Source: an uncultured Planctomycetota bacterium
GTDB lineage: Bacteria > Planctomycetota > Planctomycetia > Isosphaerales > Isosphaeraceae
Reading direction: 5' to 3'
DNA length: 64,000 nucleotides
NCBI GenBank assembly: GCA_963823665.1
Contig: CAWGMQ010000010.1
Span: 1,120,001-1,184,000, forward strand
This document shows positions 10,020 through 22,511 of the stretch, in pieces. Under the pieces are notes generated by a model. The model did no database searches. It worked only from the letters and a program-made list of their open reading frames with translations, and was not told where the DNA came from. The position numbers and the translations under genes were made by a program. Every line of letters starts with the position of its first letter. Position 1 is the stretch's first letter.

Positions 10020-10200
10020 TAGCCACGGATGAGACACTGATGAAACACGGATGGGAACGAGAGGCGGCGGGAGGAGCAGTCGGATTTTGAACCACAGAGG
10101 ACACTGAGTTCACTGAGGTAAAGCAGGGCGGAACCGCATTAACCAAGATGATGGGGACCCGCACCCTCATCTTCGTTTCCTTCGTGGCCTCATGTTCAAA
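10020..10200. repeat. Cluster of short imperfect tandem repeats of the type seen around GxxExxY genes
   Basis: ccacggatgagacactgatgaaacacggat, ccacagaggacactgagttcactgag, cttcgtttccttcgtgg. Confidence 0.55.
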
Positions 10201-10467
10201 GACCTATTGAATCACCGGTTAACGCGAAGGGGCCATGTTGTCTAAACTGGGCACTTTGCCCGCCCAATTCATTGATTTTGAACAGAAGGTCGCAGAGGCA
10301 ACTAAGAGCGGACCGGAGCCGAAAACGGAGGTTGAACAACAGGGGCCACGGTGTCTGATCCGCAGTCGATTCCAACTCTCCGCCTGGCCAGTGCGAGGGT
10401 CGCGCCGAGCCATGCAGGCAACCGCCTCACCAAAAAATCAGTGTTTCCCAGAATCGCGAAACTCGAT

Positions 10468-12474
10468 TTACCGCTGTTGCACGCGCCGTGGCAGCAGTGG
10501 CCGCCAGTATCGCTTGATGACATCCGGCCACATGAAGTCCTCTTCAAATCGCCTCCGCCCCGCGAGGCCCATCTGACTGCGAAGATGAGGCTCATCCAGC
10601 AATCGCCCGATCTTCTCAGCCAGATCAAACGCATTCCCCGGCTCAAACAGCAACCCGGTTAATCCATCGCTCACCGTATACGGCAACCCGCCGATCCGAC
10701 TGGCGATCACGGGCTTGCCCGCCGCCATCGCCTCAACCGAAGTAATGCTCAGCGCATCCTGAGCGATCGTGGGCACCAAACAAATATCCGCGTCTCGATA
10801 ATGCCCAGGCAATTCATCCTGCGAGCACCAGCCAACAGAACGAGTAAACTCATCGATCGGCCCCGGCGGGTCGAACGTGACCACCAATTCAAAGTCACTT
10901 CGCGTCTCGCGCAAAATCCGGCAAGCCTCGTGCGCGACGTGAAACCCCTTGATGACCTCTCCGGCGACGGCCGCCATGAACAATGTCACGAGCGGGGGCG
11001 CCTCGAGGCCGGCGTCAGGCCTCCCAGGGTTCACACCCTGGGCTTTATGATGTCGCCCCGGTTGGGGCTCGGTGGATTGAAGGAGTTCAGCGCTGTCGAT
11101 CGTTAACCCGGGATTCACATCCGGCGCTGTATGATTTCGCCCCAGTTGGGGCTCGGAAGACTCGCGGTTCGACTCGCCGGCGACATCGCTCCCCACAACA
11201 GAAGGGGTGTGCTCGCCGGCCCGAAGCTTGGGATCTTCCCCGTCGGCGGGCCAGGGAAATCTCGCCGGATCGATGCCCCACGGGACGATGCAAACGCGGC
11301 GGGCGAATGGCTCGACCAGTGCGGCTGTGATCGGATTGAGCACGAGCACGGCCTCGGCCTCGAATAACATCTGCCGCATGAGGCCGTCATATTCCGCCGT
11401 GCCAACCCCAGCCAGCGCCCGCTCAACCTGATGAAGCGCCCCCGAATGCTGCCCCCGTTCGGCGAGGCACTGGTGGCAAACCTGCGGAGTCGCGAGCTGA
11501 TTCCTGGGGCACTGCTCAGCCTTCACCGGCCCGATGCCGAGCAGTCTCAGGTTGTTGAGCGGGCACAAGCACTCCTGCGCCTGCATGAGCAAAATCGCGG
11601 GATACCCGCGCATGGCGTCGGCCAGGTGAGGCTTCATATTCCAGGTATCAGAAATCACAACATAATCCGGCCCGAACGCATCCACCGCCACGCGGAACCG
11701 CTCCCGAATCGAGGCAACGTTCCACTCAGTTTCGGCGAAAGCAAGTGCCTCGCTGGCGACCAGGTCGTCGCGGGTGACTCGCCCGATTCCCCACGGCTCG
11801 TACTGGGCGTAGAAATGCCGCACCGCAAACCCATCCCGCCCGAGGAAGTCAACCAGGCCGGCCGTATGCATATTCCCGCCACCAGTCGACGGCCAGTTAA
11901 ACAGCAAGCTGAGCACAGCCACGCGCACCGGCCCCGGCTCGCGCGCCCCGGGATCTCCCCGCCATCCTCCCCATTCCGATTTCGAACTTCGAATTTCCGT
12001 TTTGATTTTCGACGTTCGAATTTCCGTTCGCAGCCGACCAGATCATTTCCGCGCGAACGAGCCCAAAATTCAGCCAGGCCGGCAGACACGCCTGATCACC
12101 TTCAACCACCCCGCGCCACTGCTCGCAAGCCTCCTCAAACTTCCCCTCCAACGCGTCAAGAACCGCGAGATCATTCTGAACGAGCGCCCGAAGCCGAGGG
12201 TTCGTGCTTCTCGAAAACTCGCGCGCAGCCGCAGATACGCTGCCCGAGCGTCCTCATACCGCCCCTCTCGCGCCAGCTCGCAAGCCCTCCAGTACCCCGC
12301 CGGCAGCCCGTTCCGAGCGGCCACTCTGCCTCCATCGTCCCCATTCGAATTTCGAGTTTTGGATTTCGAGTTTCCTGCTAATCCTTGTCGGATTTCGGAT
12401 TTCAAATCTCGGGTTTCCCCCCGCGGTTCCTTCGCCTTCTCACCCCTCCCAGATGCCTTCCCGCGCTTAGCCAT
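10468..12474 (-). CDS. TPR + GT4-family glycosyltransferase (N-terminal part frameshifted)
   Basis: GT4 motif ITSVEAMAAGKPVIASRIGG in 10468-11928; TPR-like pieces in ORFs 12070-12474 and 11897-12151 join upstream via indels. Confidence 0.8.
11023..11154. repeat. Two REP-like double-hairpin units inside the GT4 coding sequence
   Basis: cccagggttcacaccctggg...gccccggttggggc (11023-11070) and a degenerate copy (11107-11154), 84 nt apart. Confidence 0.7.
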
Positions 12475-12703
12475 CGCCGCCCCCGACCAATTTTGGATTT
12501 TGAGTTGCTGAGCTCAAGCTATGTTTCTGTCCCACTCCGCCGCGCCTTCGAGAACCCGTTCGGCATCGCCCGGGTCAGTGACAATCCTGGCCCAGCTCGT
12601 TCCGCTCAAACCCGCCCCCTTCCTTCCCCCGAATTCTTCCGTGAAAATCCGTGCCTTCCGTGGTTAAAAATCTTGATTCTTGTCTTTTCTTAGTTCGGTC
12701 ATC

Positions 12704-12889
12704 TCAACTGCGCCCCATCGGCGTATTCTGCTGGCTACGCACGGGAACGCCCAGCAACTCGAGCTCGCGCACCAGGCACCGCTCGTAATTGCTCTCCAAC
12801 AAGACCGGCCCCATGATCCGGTGCACTTCGATGACGGCTCCGATGACTTCACCAGAGAGGTTGTCTGCTTTGGGAAAAAACGGGTGCAT
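12704..12889 (-). pseudogene. Truncated GxxExxY protein
   Basis: VIGAVIEVHRIMGPVLLESNYERCLVRELEL then early end; flanked by aacagaaggaaacaaag-type repeats. Confidence 0.8.
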
Positions 12890-13278
12890 AACGCCGGCTC
12901 CATTCTGGAACAGGAGGAAACGAAGGAAACAAAGGAATCTCGGGTCGCGAAGTCGTCGGAGAGCAGGCTTTTCATTCCAAGAGTCCTTGCCATCTCGGAT
13001 CTCGGACCGACCTCTGCTGCCCCCCTTCGTTAACTTTGTTTCCTTCTGTTCAAGGCTGGTTTGCACCGGGGAGGATCAGCCTCGAACGCCCGTCCGCAAG
13101 CTCGGGACAAGTCTCCGGCCCCTCGTCGTTCCCTTATCTCCGTTAAATGCTATCCGTGGTTAACCAGCAGTTCACACCTGCATTGTCCCAACGCCCTCGT
13201 GTCTTCCCTGGTCCTGTCATCCCATCTGCGTCCCATCGGCGTCATCTGCGGACAAATCTCCGGTTCCTCATCGCTCTC

Positions 13279-13701
13279 TCATTCCTGCCCAACCGCTGAT
13301 CCGCCATCTTCCATTCGCTCAAGTCGGTTCCTTCTGCGGACCGGGCCAGTGGGCCAGCGCATCCTTGAGCGCCCAATCGCCAGCGCCGGGCAATGCAGCT
13401 TGTCCGGCGGCATGCCATCCAGGGCTTCGATCAGATTTTCAATCGTCAGCTCCCGGCAGTGTGCGATCGATTTCCCGCGAATCATCTCCGTCAGCATTGA
13501 GCCACTCGCAATCGTCGGCCCGCACCCGACTGTGTGATACTTCGCCGCCGCGATTCGCTCGTCTTCAATCCTCAAGTAAAGGATCATGAACGCTCCCCGG
13601 CCTGGCGCGCCAGCATGGCCGGTCAGGTCAGGGTTTTCGATCGACCCGCCGTTTCGAGGGGCCATCACGTGTTCAGTGAGCGCTTCGGAGTACTTCCCCA
13701 T
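13279..13701 (-). CDS. iscU: Fe-S cluster scaffold IscU/NifU-N family protein (probable indel near C-terminus)
   Basis: YSEALTEHVMAPRNGG, GCGPTIASGS, LDGMPPDKLHC; first conserved Cys appears replaced. Confidence 0.8.
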   Translation of the reverse strand: MGKYSEALTEHVMAPRNGGSIENPDLTGHAGAPGRGAFMILYLRIEDERIAAAKYHTVGCGPTIASGSMLTEMIRGKSIAHCRELTIENLIEALDGMPPDKLHCPALAIGRSRMRWPTGPVRRRNRLERMEDGGSAVGQE

Positions 13702-13737
13702 GATCGAAACTCACGCACCGCGAATCGTAGACCCAAG

Positions 13738-14203
13738 CCTCGTCAAAGTATGTTGAAACGACGTCTGACCGCCTGAGCGGCCATTGCGCGCTCATTTCCA
13801 ACACGCTGGTAAGGCTCGGTGTCCTCAGTGTGGTTCCAACTTCCCGCCCACAACGCGGCGTCCCCTTCGCTCCACGGGGTCCGGAAGGCCGTTCCCCCGC
13901 TTCAGTACTACTATGAGGCGCTGCGACTTCCTGACAGTCGTTTCACCGCGCTTCGTTTCCTTCGCTTGGTGATACATCGGAGCGTCTGCGATTCGTCCCC
14001 GTTCGGCCTCAGACGCACGGCCGGCGGATCCCTCAGGAGTTTGTTGTACCGGTTGCTCCTGGGCCGGTAGTCTTCGAAAAACTGTCAGGATCTCGCTTCC
14101 GGCTGCTGGCCCGGCTCTGCCGGGCGGGATTGGGTACCCGCAGGGTTCCACTAAAAGGTTTCACATTTGAGATGATCCTCCTTTTCCGAGCTTCTTGGCG
14201 CAA
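13738..14203 (-). mobile_element. ORF-less, 3'-truncated group II intron remnant
   Basis: 5' end TTGCGCCAAGAAGCTCGGAAAAGGAGG...GTGAAACC...GGAACCCTGCGGGTACCCAATCCCGCCCGGC; internal AAGTCGCAGCGCCTCATAGTAGTACTGAAGCGGGGGAAC...GACCCCGTGGAGCGAAGGGG typical of DI-DIII; no RT ORF, no recognisable DV/DVI. Confidence 0.75.
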
Positions 14204-14228
14204 CGTCTGCTTTTCTCGCTTTCGAACC

Positions 14229-14657
14229 TCACTGGGTTCGCGCTGGATCGGCCGTGGACGGTGGTTGTCTGCTTTCCTTGCTTTCTTGCATGCCGCGCGC
14301 CTGGCTTCCCGCTCCATCGAGTCCAGACAATGGGCGTCTTACTTCCCCCGCGATCCCGGCGCTCGGACGTGGTGACGTAACGACGGACGGGGTCCAGATA
14401 ACATACAGTGCCAAGAAGGCCACGAATATTGCGGCGAGTTGTGGCCGGGACAGCAGCCCGCAGATGCGGTGCATTAGGGCGGTGCTCGCCAACGCCCCGC
14501 AGCCCCAAATGGTCAACACAATTCCCACGCCCAGAAACCACGGAGGCTTCGCAAGCCGGTGCAAGTTGAAGTTCAGGGCCACCACGAGGCCCTGAATCGC
14601 CGCGATCACGATCAAAAACCCGAAGGCTCGGAAAAAACTGGCCCACTTGGTACGCAT
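14229..14657 (-). CDS. Small membrane protein downstream of Rhs (candidate immunity)
   Basis: Three hydrophobic segments from MRTKWASFF; position downstream of the Rhs tip. Confidence 0.5.
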   Translation of the reverse strand: MRTKWASFFRAFGFLIVIAAIQGLVVALNFNLHRLAKPPWFLGVGIVLTIWGCGALASTALMHRICGLLSRPQLAAIFVAFLALYVIWTPSVVTSPRPSAGIAGEVRRPLSGLDGAGSQARGMQESKESRQPPSTADPARTQ

Positions 14658-14973
14658 GATAGTGTTCTCGTGTGTTTCGCCGCGGCAAAGCTCCAGCACC
14701 GCGACTTCCGCGAGGTAAAGCCGGGAGATGACTTGGCTCGGTCGCTCCGATGTTTTGCCCGAAGTATGAACAGGAAGCGCTGGAATCCCAAAGCGGGGCT
14801 GAGTCCCCTGCGCATCTGGCGCCCCGGCGCGGGTCGGCCGCAGCAACTTGGAAGCTTCACCCGGCGGGTCCGTGCGGCGGAGACTTGCCAATTCGGTAAA
14901 CTAGGTCTCGCAACGCGCCGCTTGAGTTGCGAGTGAAATGCGCGATCCGCGCCGCTGTTAATCGCCATAGTGT

Positions 14974-17900
14974 TCACTGCCGCACTATTGGTGGTGGAAT
15001 GTAAGGAAAACTGATGTTCAGGCCTCCGCCATCCGTGCGCCATCCGCTCAGCTCTGTGCTTCTTTCAGCCTCTAGCGCCGCGATGCAAGTGGCTTGGTTC
15101 GCACAGAAACCGTTAGAAGCCAGCGCATCGCAAATCGAATAACGGTAGTTTTGCAAGAACAGACGTGTCCAGAGGTAAGCCGGTGCCTCTGTCTCCGGGC
15201 GTGTGTGTTCAAAGAACGGCCATCCTGCCCACTGGGTCTGGTGGAAGCATTCGTGCACGAACGTTGTTAGCAAGTGCAAGAACGACGCGCAGCTTGAGCA
15301 GTTGATAGTCGTGTTGCCTATCATTGTTATGTTGAAGCAGCCATTGTAGACTTCCGTGTCGCCCCCGGTTCCAGTCCCGCACCAGGTGTTTCGATAACAC
15401 CCCCCCCCAACCAGGGTGCCAACCCGCGATGTCCATGACCTGAAGGAAATTTCGGGTCGCCATCAGGCAGGCCGTCTCATAGCCGGTGCAAGGCCTGCCT
15501 CCTTTCAAGTTGTAGAACGCTTTCCGGCGGCAGTAACACCCGGTGCCCAAGGCCGCGCCCGCGGCTGAGGTGATGGCGATCCAGATCAGGTAGCCGACGG
15601 GGACGGCGAAAAGCCCGGAAGGGTCCGCGTGCGATGTCACAGCGCCACGCACATAGCGGTACAGGTTCGGGTCTCTGGTTGATGGTCCGATGGGATCTCG
15701 TGTAGGAAATATGCCGAGAGTTGGGTTGTAGTAGCGAGCGCGCAGGTAGATGGATGGCATATCCGGCTGAGCGTAGTAGCCGAGAGCTCCCACAAATCGG
15801 AATGGATTAGTCGTCACGCCATTGCTGGCGATCGTATTCCCCCATGAATCGAAAACGTAGCTATCCGTGACCGTGCTCGAAGCGTTCAATAACTGTCTTG
15901 TCGAACCAAGTGCGTCGAGCAGGTAGAAGGACGCGCTCGAGTCGCGAAACTGCGAAATGAGCTTACCGTACTTGTTCGGTTCCAAGGTGTACACGGCCTG
16001 GATGTCGCCATTCGCAGATGTCTCGATTATGACGTTTTGGTCGTCCCAGACGTGGTTTGTGGTGCCAGTCGAATCCTGTTTCTGCACTCTCTGCCCGTCG
16101 CCGTTGTACGTGAATGTGTTCGCTGTCCCGGTCGGCAACGCAACCCCAATGAGCCGGTTTTCCCCATCCCAGGTATTCGTGGTTGATTGTGATCCGGGTG
16201 CCAACGCCGTCAGCAAATTACCGGAGCCGTCGAACGCGTACGTCGTTACGCCCGCGTTGGTCTGGCTTATCGTTAACTCGTTGGCAGCGTTGTAGGAGTA
16301 AGTTTCCGGCGAACCGTTATTCACCAGCAACGTGCGATTACATACATTATCATCACCATATGTAATGTTATAAGTGTTCGTCCCACTACGTTGTTCGTTG
16401 GTCAATTGGTACGTCGGATCGTAGCTCCAGGTCACGACGGAGCCATCTGCCTCGATGACCCGAGTGCGATTGTTAACCGTGTTGTAGGTGTAAGCGAAGC
16501 TGGAGAGGGTGGTACCGCCGGGGCTCAGATTTGCGAGGATGAGTTGGCGGTCGGCGGTGTCATACAAGTTTGACACAACGACACCATTGGCGAGCGCCTG
16601 GCGCGTGACACGGCTCCCCGCATCGTAGGACCAACTCGTCACCTGCGCCTCTGGATTCGTCAGGGTACTGATTCGGCCCACTGCATCATAGCCGTAAGTG
16701 AACGTTCCGGTTGGATGTTTCATCGTGGCGCGTTGGCCGACGGCGTCGTAGGTGTAGGTTAGCGCGATGCCCGCCGGGTTGACGACTGAACTGACGCGCC
16801 CCACTTGGTCGTAGCTCGTTGTGAAGGATCCCGTCCAGTCGCTCAAAAGTGTGCGCCTACTATTCGCATCATAGGAGAATGTGGCGCGTGTCGTGTCCTG
16901 AAATTGCTGGCCTGTGAGCCGGCTCGCTGCGTCATACGTGTAGCTCGTGAGCAGGCCGCGGCCGTCGATACGAAGGACTCGCCTGCTCGCAGCATCATAT
17001 TGATAAGTGACTTTGTTGCCGAGCGCGTCCGTGGTGCCTGTCTGCCTGCCAGATGCGTCCCATACAAAGCTTGAGCGATTTCCGCTGGCGTCGATGATGG
17101 CGATCCGTTGGCCAACCGGGTCATAAACTTGGGTCGTGGCGAATGTGCTGGCGTTAACGCTGGCCAACGTTCTGCCATCCGGATCGTAGATCGTCGTGCT
17201 GACATTGCCCAATGCGTCGGTCATCGACACCTGCTGGCTAGCGGCGTCGTATGCAAACGAATTCCGGTTTCCGACTGGGTCGACGTTCGCGATCAATCTG
17301 TTGCCAGCGTCGAACACGCTGGTGATCGAGTTGCCGAGAGGATTGATCCTGGCCACGGGTCTGCTTGCGGCATCAAACACGGTCGTGGATCTGTTGCCCA
17401 GAGCGTCAATGGAGGCGACCGGCCTGTTAGCCGCGTCGAACACCGTCGAGGACACAAAACCCAGAGCGTTCGTCGTGCTTACTGGCCGGCTGGCCGCATC
17501 GAATCCAGCTGTCGTCCGGTTGCCGAGCGCGTCTACGTTCGCGACCACCCGGCTCGCGCTGTCGTAGACGGTCGAGCTCCGGTTACCAAGCGGGTCGATC
17601 TGAGCGACCGCGCGGCTCGCGCCGTCATAGACCGTCGTAAATGTGTTCCCAAGTGGATCGATTCTTGCCGCCGGCCGGCTTGCAACATCGTAAGCAGTGG
17701 TCGAGCGATTCCCCAAAGCGTCCACGGATGCGACGGCGCGGCTTGCGGAATCAAACACCGTGGTGCTGGCGTTACCCAACGGATCAATGGACGCCACGGG
17801 CCTGTTAGCGGCATCGAACACCGTCGTCGACACGAAGCCCAGCGCGTTTGTGCTGGTGATCGGCCTGCTCACGGCGTCAAAGCCCGTTGTGGTCCGATCG

Positions 17901-20900
17901 CCCAGCGGGTCAATCGTCGCGATCGGTCGCGAGCCACTGTCAAATACTATTGTTGATACGCTCCCAAGTGGATCTGTTCGGCTGGTGACTCGGCTGGCCT
18001 GGTCGTAGCCGATGCTGTTCCGATTTCCAAGCGGGTCGACGGTCGCGAGGGGTCGATTTGCGGCATCAAAGACGTTTGTACTGGTGAAGCCGAGCGGATT
18101 GGTCGAGCTCACAAGCCGGTTGGCCGCGTCGTAACCGAGCGAAGAACGGTTCCCGAGGGCATCGACTGACGCCACCACACGATTCCCAAAGTCAAATACG
18201 GTCGTGGATATGTTCCCAAGAGGATCGGTCATGCTCACCGGACGACTCCCGGCATCATAACTAATCGACGTGGTATTCCCCAGTGGATCAACGATGGCCA
18301 CCACTCGCCCAGCCTGGTCATAGACGCTCGAATTCACGTTCCCCAAAGGATCGGTGAAACTGACCGGCCGATTGGCCGCGTCATATCCGAAGGTCGATCG
18401 GTTCCCCAGCGGATCAACGCTGGCGCTCGGCCTTCCCCCGCCGTCGTAGACCATGCTCCAGACGGCCCCGATCGGGTTGGTCATCGAGACCCGATTCCCG
18501 GAATTATCGTACCCATATGATGTTGTGTTCCCAAGTGGATCAATCGAAGCGACCGGGCGCTGCAAAGAGTCATAATTCGCGGTCCAGACGTTACCCAGTG
18601 GGTTCATCATCGCCATGGGCAAATTCGCGGCGTTGTACGAGTAGCTCGCCCGATTTCCGAGCGGATCAACGCTGGCGATTCGCCGGTACTGGCTGTCAAA
18701 GACCCCGGTCGTCCGATTCCCAAGGGGATCAACCCGGGCCGTCAAATTGTTGGCCGCATCCCAGACAAACGAACTCGTGTTCCCAAGCGCGTCAATCCGC
18801 GCAATGAGCTTGCTGGTCGCGTCGTAAACCATCGTGCCGATGGCACCGAGCGGATTGGTCGAGCGGATCAAATTGCCTAGCACATCGTAGCCGTAGCTCG
18901 TCGTGTTCCCAAGCGGGTCCGTCTGGGCGATCAGCCGCCCGCTCAGGTCATAGGCCATCGACCAGATCGCACCCAGCGGGTTCGTCACCGAGATCAGACG
19001 GCTGTTCGCGTCATATTGATATGTGGTATTATTTCCAAGTGGATCGATGTAGTTCGTGAGCCGGTTGACCTGATCACTCAAATACGTCGCGACCGCCCCC
19101 AGCGGGTTCTGCACGGTCTGCACGATCCCGTTGGCGTTGAAGGTGTAGCTGACCGCATTGCCGAGCGAATTGATCAGTGCAATCTGCTGGCCGAGCGAAT
19201 TATAAACGAGGGTAACCAGTTGCCCGAGCGCGTTCTGGACGGATACGAGTTGACCAATGCTGTTGTACGAATACGACGTCGCGTTGCCCTGTGCATCGAT
19301 CGCCGCGCTCCGCAGCCCCGACGAATTCCACGCGAGCGTCGTGGTGGACCCGAGCTGATCGGTCAGCGCCGACACCTGGCCACTGCTGTTGTAGGCGTAG
19401 GTGAAAGTGCCGCCCAGCGGCTGCGTGATCGACGAGAGATACTCAATCTTGTTGGTCGCATTGGTCACATAGCCAAAGCTCGTGACGTTCCCCAAGCCGT
19501 CGCCGATGCTCAGGAGGTGACCGGTACCGTCCCAGGAGTAGCTCGTGACGTTCCCCACCGCGTCGGTGGCGCCGACCAGGTTGCCGTTCGCATCAAAGCC
19601 GAGTGTCGTCACATTCCCTGAAGAATTCGTGACGTTCGTGAATGTTGTTCCTGGTGTGCGAGGACGGAACGCTCCGCCCGGCACGGCCTGATTGAGCAAC
19701 GTGGTCACCGCGCCCAGCGGCGAAGTCACCACAAGCTGCGAGCTACCATACGCAAAGCTCGTCCTGTCCCCGAGCGGATTGATCCAGGCCGTCATGCGGT
19801 GGCTCGAATCGTAAACCATGCTCGTGACGCACAGCTCAGGACTGAGCACTTGCACCAGGTCGCCGGAGCCGTTGACCGTGATCGTCGTCGCCCTGCCAAA
19901 CGGGTCGAGAATGCTGGTGATCTTGCCCGAAGTCGCATCGTACGCAAACGTTGTGCGGCGAGTAATTGGGTCCGTGACAAAGCTGACGCGCCCGCTACCG
20001 TCGTACGTGACAGTCCACCGCGCGCCTGCCGGGTTCTGAATGTATTGTAACGACAGACCACCGCCCGACGCCGAGCCGTATTGAAACACAGTCCCGTCGG
20101 GTTGCGTCTCGGTTGCAGTGCTCGCGTTCATCGGTGTTTGCAGCGAGTTCATCGTGCTGGACGTCGGGCCATTAAAGCCCCCAAGCTGGGCTCGTTGGTA
20201 CGAAAACGGCTGGCCGGCGCCAGTGACCACGGTCAGCGTACGGGACCCGACCTGAACCTGTCGCTTGAACGTGTGCACCCAACCGGTGCCGATTTCATTG
20301 ACGATGGCGGCGTTCTCGTTGCTATACGACGACACCGGCGCGATGTAGAAAAGGTCGCCGGCGGGCGGGGAAATCTGCATGGCCATGCTGGGATTGGCCG
20401 GATTGATCACGCACTGGCCGCCCAGCGAATTGCAGCCGCCGGCCGCGAAGGTGAGCGGTGGAAGGGCACCGCTGCGGGCGATCGGAGGCATGAGCGCCGC
20501 ACGCTGGAGCGCAGCAGCGCCGCCGCCGAGGGGAGTCGGCACGGGCGGTGGCGTGGGCGATTTGTAGGTAGGAGCGCCGCCAAAGATCGGCAGGCCGCCG
20601 ATACCACCGCCGGGTGCACCTGACTGAGCACCGCCGCCAGCACCGGGATTCGGACAACTGCCGCCTTGCGATCCGCAAGGCCCAGTGCTTCCCGAGCCGC
20701 CGGGGCCGGTTATGGGGCTCGGCCCGGGGCCTGGTCCGCCCGGTCCAGTGATCGGGCCGATGGGTCCGTCCTGGGGCGTAGGAATAATGCCGGCCAGGCC
20801 TCCGCCCGCGCCTCCGCTGCCCTTGAGCGTCCAGCGCGGCCCGGTACCGCCGCCACCACCGCCGCCCAACCCGCCACCGCCTCCGATGCCGCCGCCACCG

Positions 20901-21337
20901 CAGCCGCAACCCGCGCCACCGCCTTGCGACAGCGGCCCAGGAATCGGCGCTGGGCCAATCGGACCGTTCAGCGGCATGATCGTAAGCGAACCGCCGGGCC
21001 GGGCCGAAAACGAGCCGCCACCACCCGGCCCTCCGCCCTTCAATACCGGGCCCGGGCTCGGTGTGAGGCCCGTGCGCCCGCCACCACCACCCATCGTGCC
21101 CCCGCCGCCTGTCGTCCCTCCACCAGGCGTCGTGCCGCCCGTCCCCGTCGTACCGCCCCCTCCGGTCGCCCCGCCGCCGGCGGTGCAACCCGAGCCCTGG
21201 TTAGACCCGCACGACGAATTCAGCGAACACTGCCCTTGCAATGTCAGCGGCGAACTGCCGTTGCCGCCAGCCTCGCCGGTATTGCCCAGCGCGGGCGGTG
21301 TCGGCTTGGTGTTATCGGGCGTGAATACGTTGGCCAT
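14974..21337 (-). CDS. Rhs/YD-repeat protein with Gly/Pro-rich N-terminus and probable HExxH metallopeptidase tip (frameshift at C9 tract 15400-15408)
   Basis: Many YD repeats; core YLRARYYNP...RDPIG...NLYRYV...DPSG; removing one C joins to ORF 14974-15324 containing HECFH. Confidence 0.88.
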
Positions 21338-21384
21338 GGTTCAACCTCCTCGCTCTCCATCAGAGGCCCGCTGTTCTACATTTG

Positions 21385-21819
21385 TCAGTGATCGGTCGCA
21401 AAAAAATCGCTCTGCATGATTTCCCGGAGGAGCTCCTCCGCCCTTTCCATCCCTACGAACCGGGCGGCCTCGACTTTGAAGGCGTTTGGCGTGATTGACC
21501 GGGGCCGGCTCGGCCGCATCGGCGGCCTCGTCCCCCACATGCCCGTGGTCCCGGCAATGCCCGTCTTGCCGTCTCGCGTATCGGTGAACGTGATCTGTCC
21601 ACTTTTGCTCCGGTTGACGCGAAAGCGAACAGACTCGCACCCCGGACGGAAAATCTCGACGACGTTCGACCACACCGTGATTTCCTTGACGGGCCTGAAG
21701 ACCGCGAACGCGCTGTACACAAAACCGGGCCGGCCAGGGACAGGAACTCCACGCTCAATCGCCTCCGCGAGTGCCTTCTCTGCCTCGGCTCTCTAAGCCC
21801 GAGGAGGTTTCGCTTCCAT
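21385..21819 (-). CDS. Hypothetical protein upstream of Rhs (probable indel near the 5' end)
   Basis: ORF 21385-21720 extends upstream in frame (AEAEKALAEAIERG); ATG at 21819 reached through a frameshift. Confidence 0.55.
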
Positions 21820-22511
21820 GGTCCACGCCACCAACTTCCGGCGGACTTGCCAACAGGGCATCGGTTCTAACCGATCGGTAGCCATCGAACCCCATCCTGT
21901 ATTAATATATATAGCACCATTTTTGCGCGGAATCTTGGTCCGCCGCGAGTGCGTTCGTTCCGCAGCTTACTGAAATGACACAGCGAAACGCATTCGCCCA
22001 AGCTGCCGCGCGAGCAACCCGGCGATCACCGCATTTCGCTCAAAACGCCACGACCAGAACCAGAAAAGGCCCCCGCGGCAAACCCTGGCTTCCATGCGAA
22101 GCCAGCCGCATTCCCGGCGCGGGTCCACGCGCCACGGCATCCCAACACATCCACATTCATATTGCTATTCTAGGCTTCTTATTTACGCATCGTACCTCCG
22201 GAAAAGACGATGTCAAGGGAGCCCTCAGGGTTCTGAGAATTTTTATTTTTTAGAGTGTTCGATGCATCTGCCACGTAGCGATTTTGGGGCCCAGGCCCGG
22301 CTTCCGGATAAATGGGTTGCCTGGCGAATATGTAACGCACTTTCAACGGCAGCCAGGAAGTGAGCCACTTTCGCAGCCAGAATTGAACCACTTGAATGGT
22401 TGCCGCGTGAAGCACAGACAAGGTGCTTCGGGATGTGACGGCCGTCGTTCGATGAAGCGTGGATCAAATCAAGTCGACTGGCTGATCCCTAGCTCCGGCG
22501 TCGACGCTATT

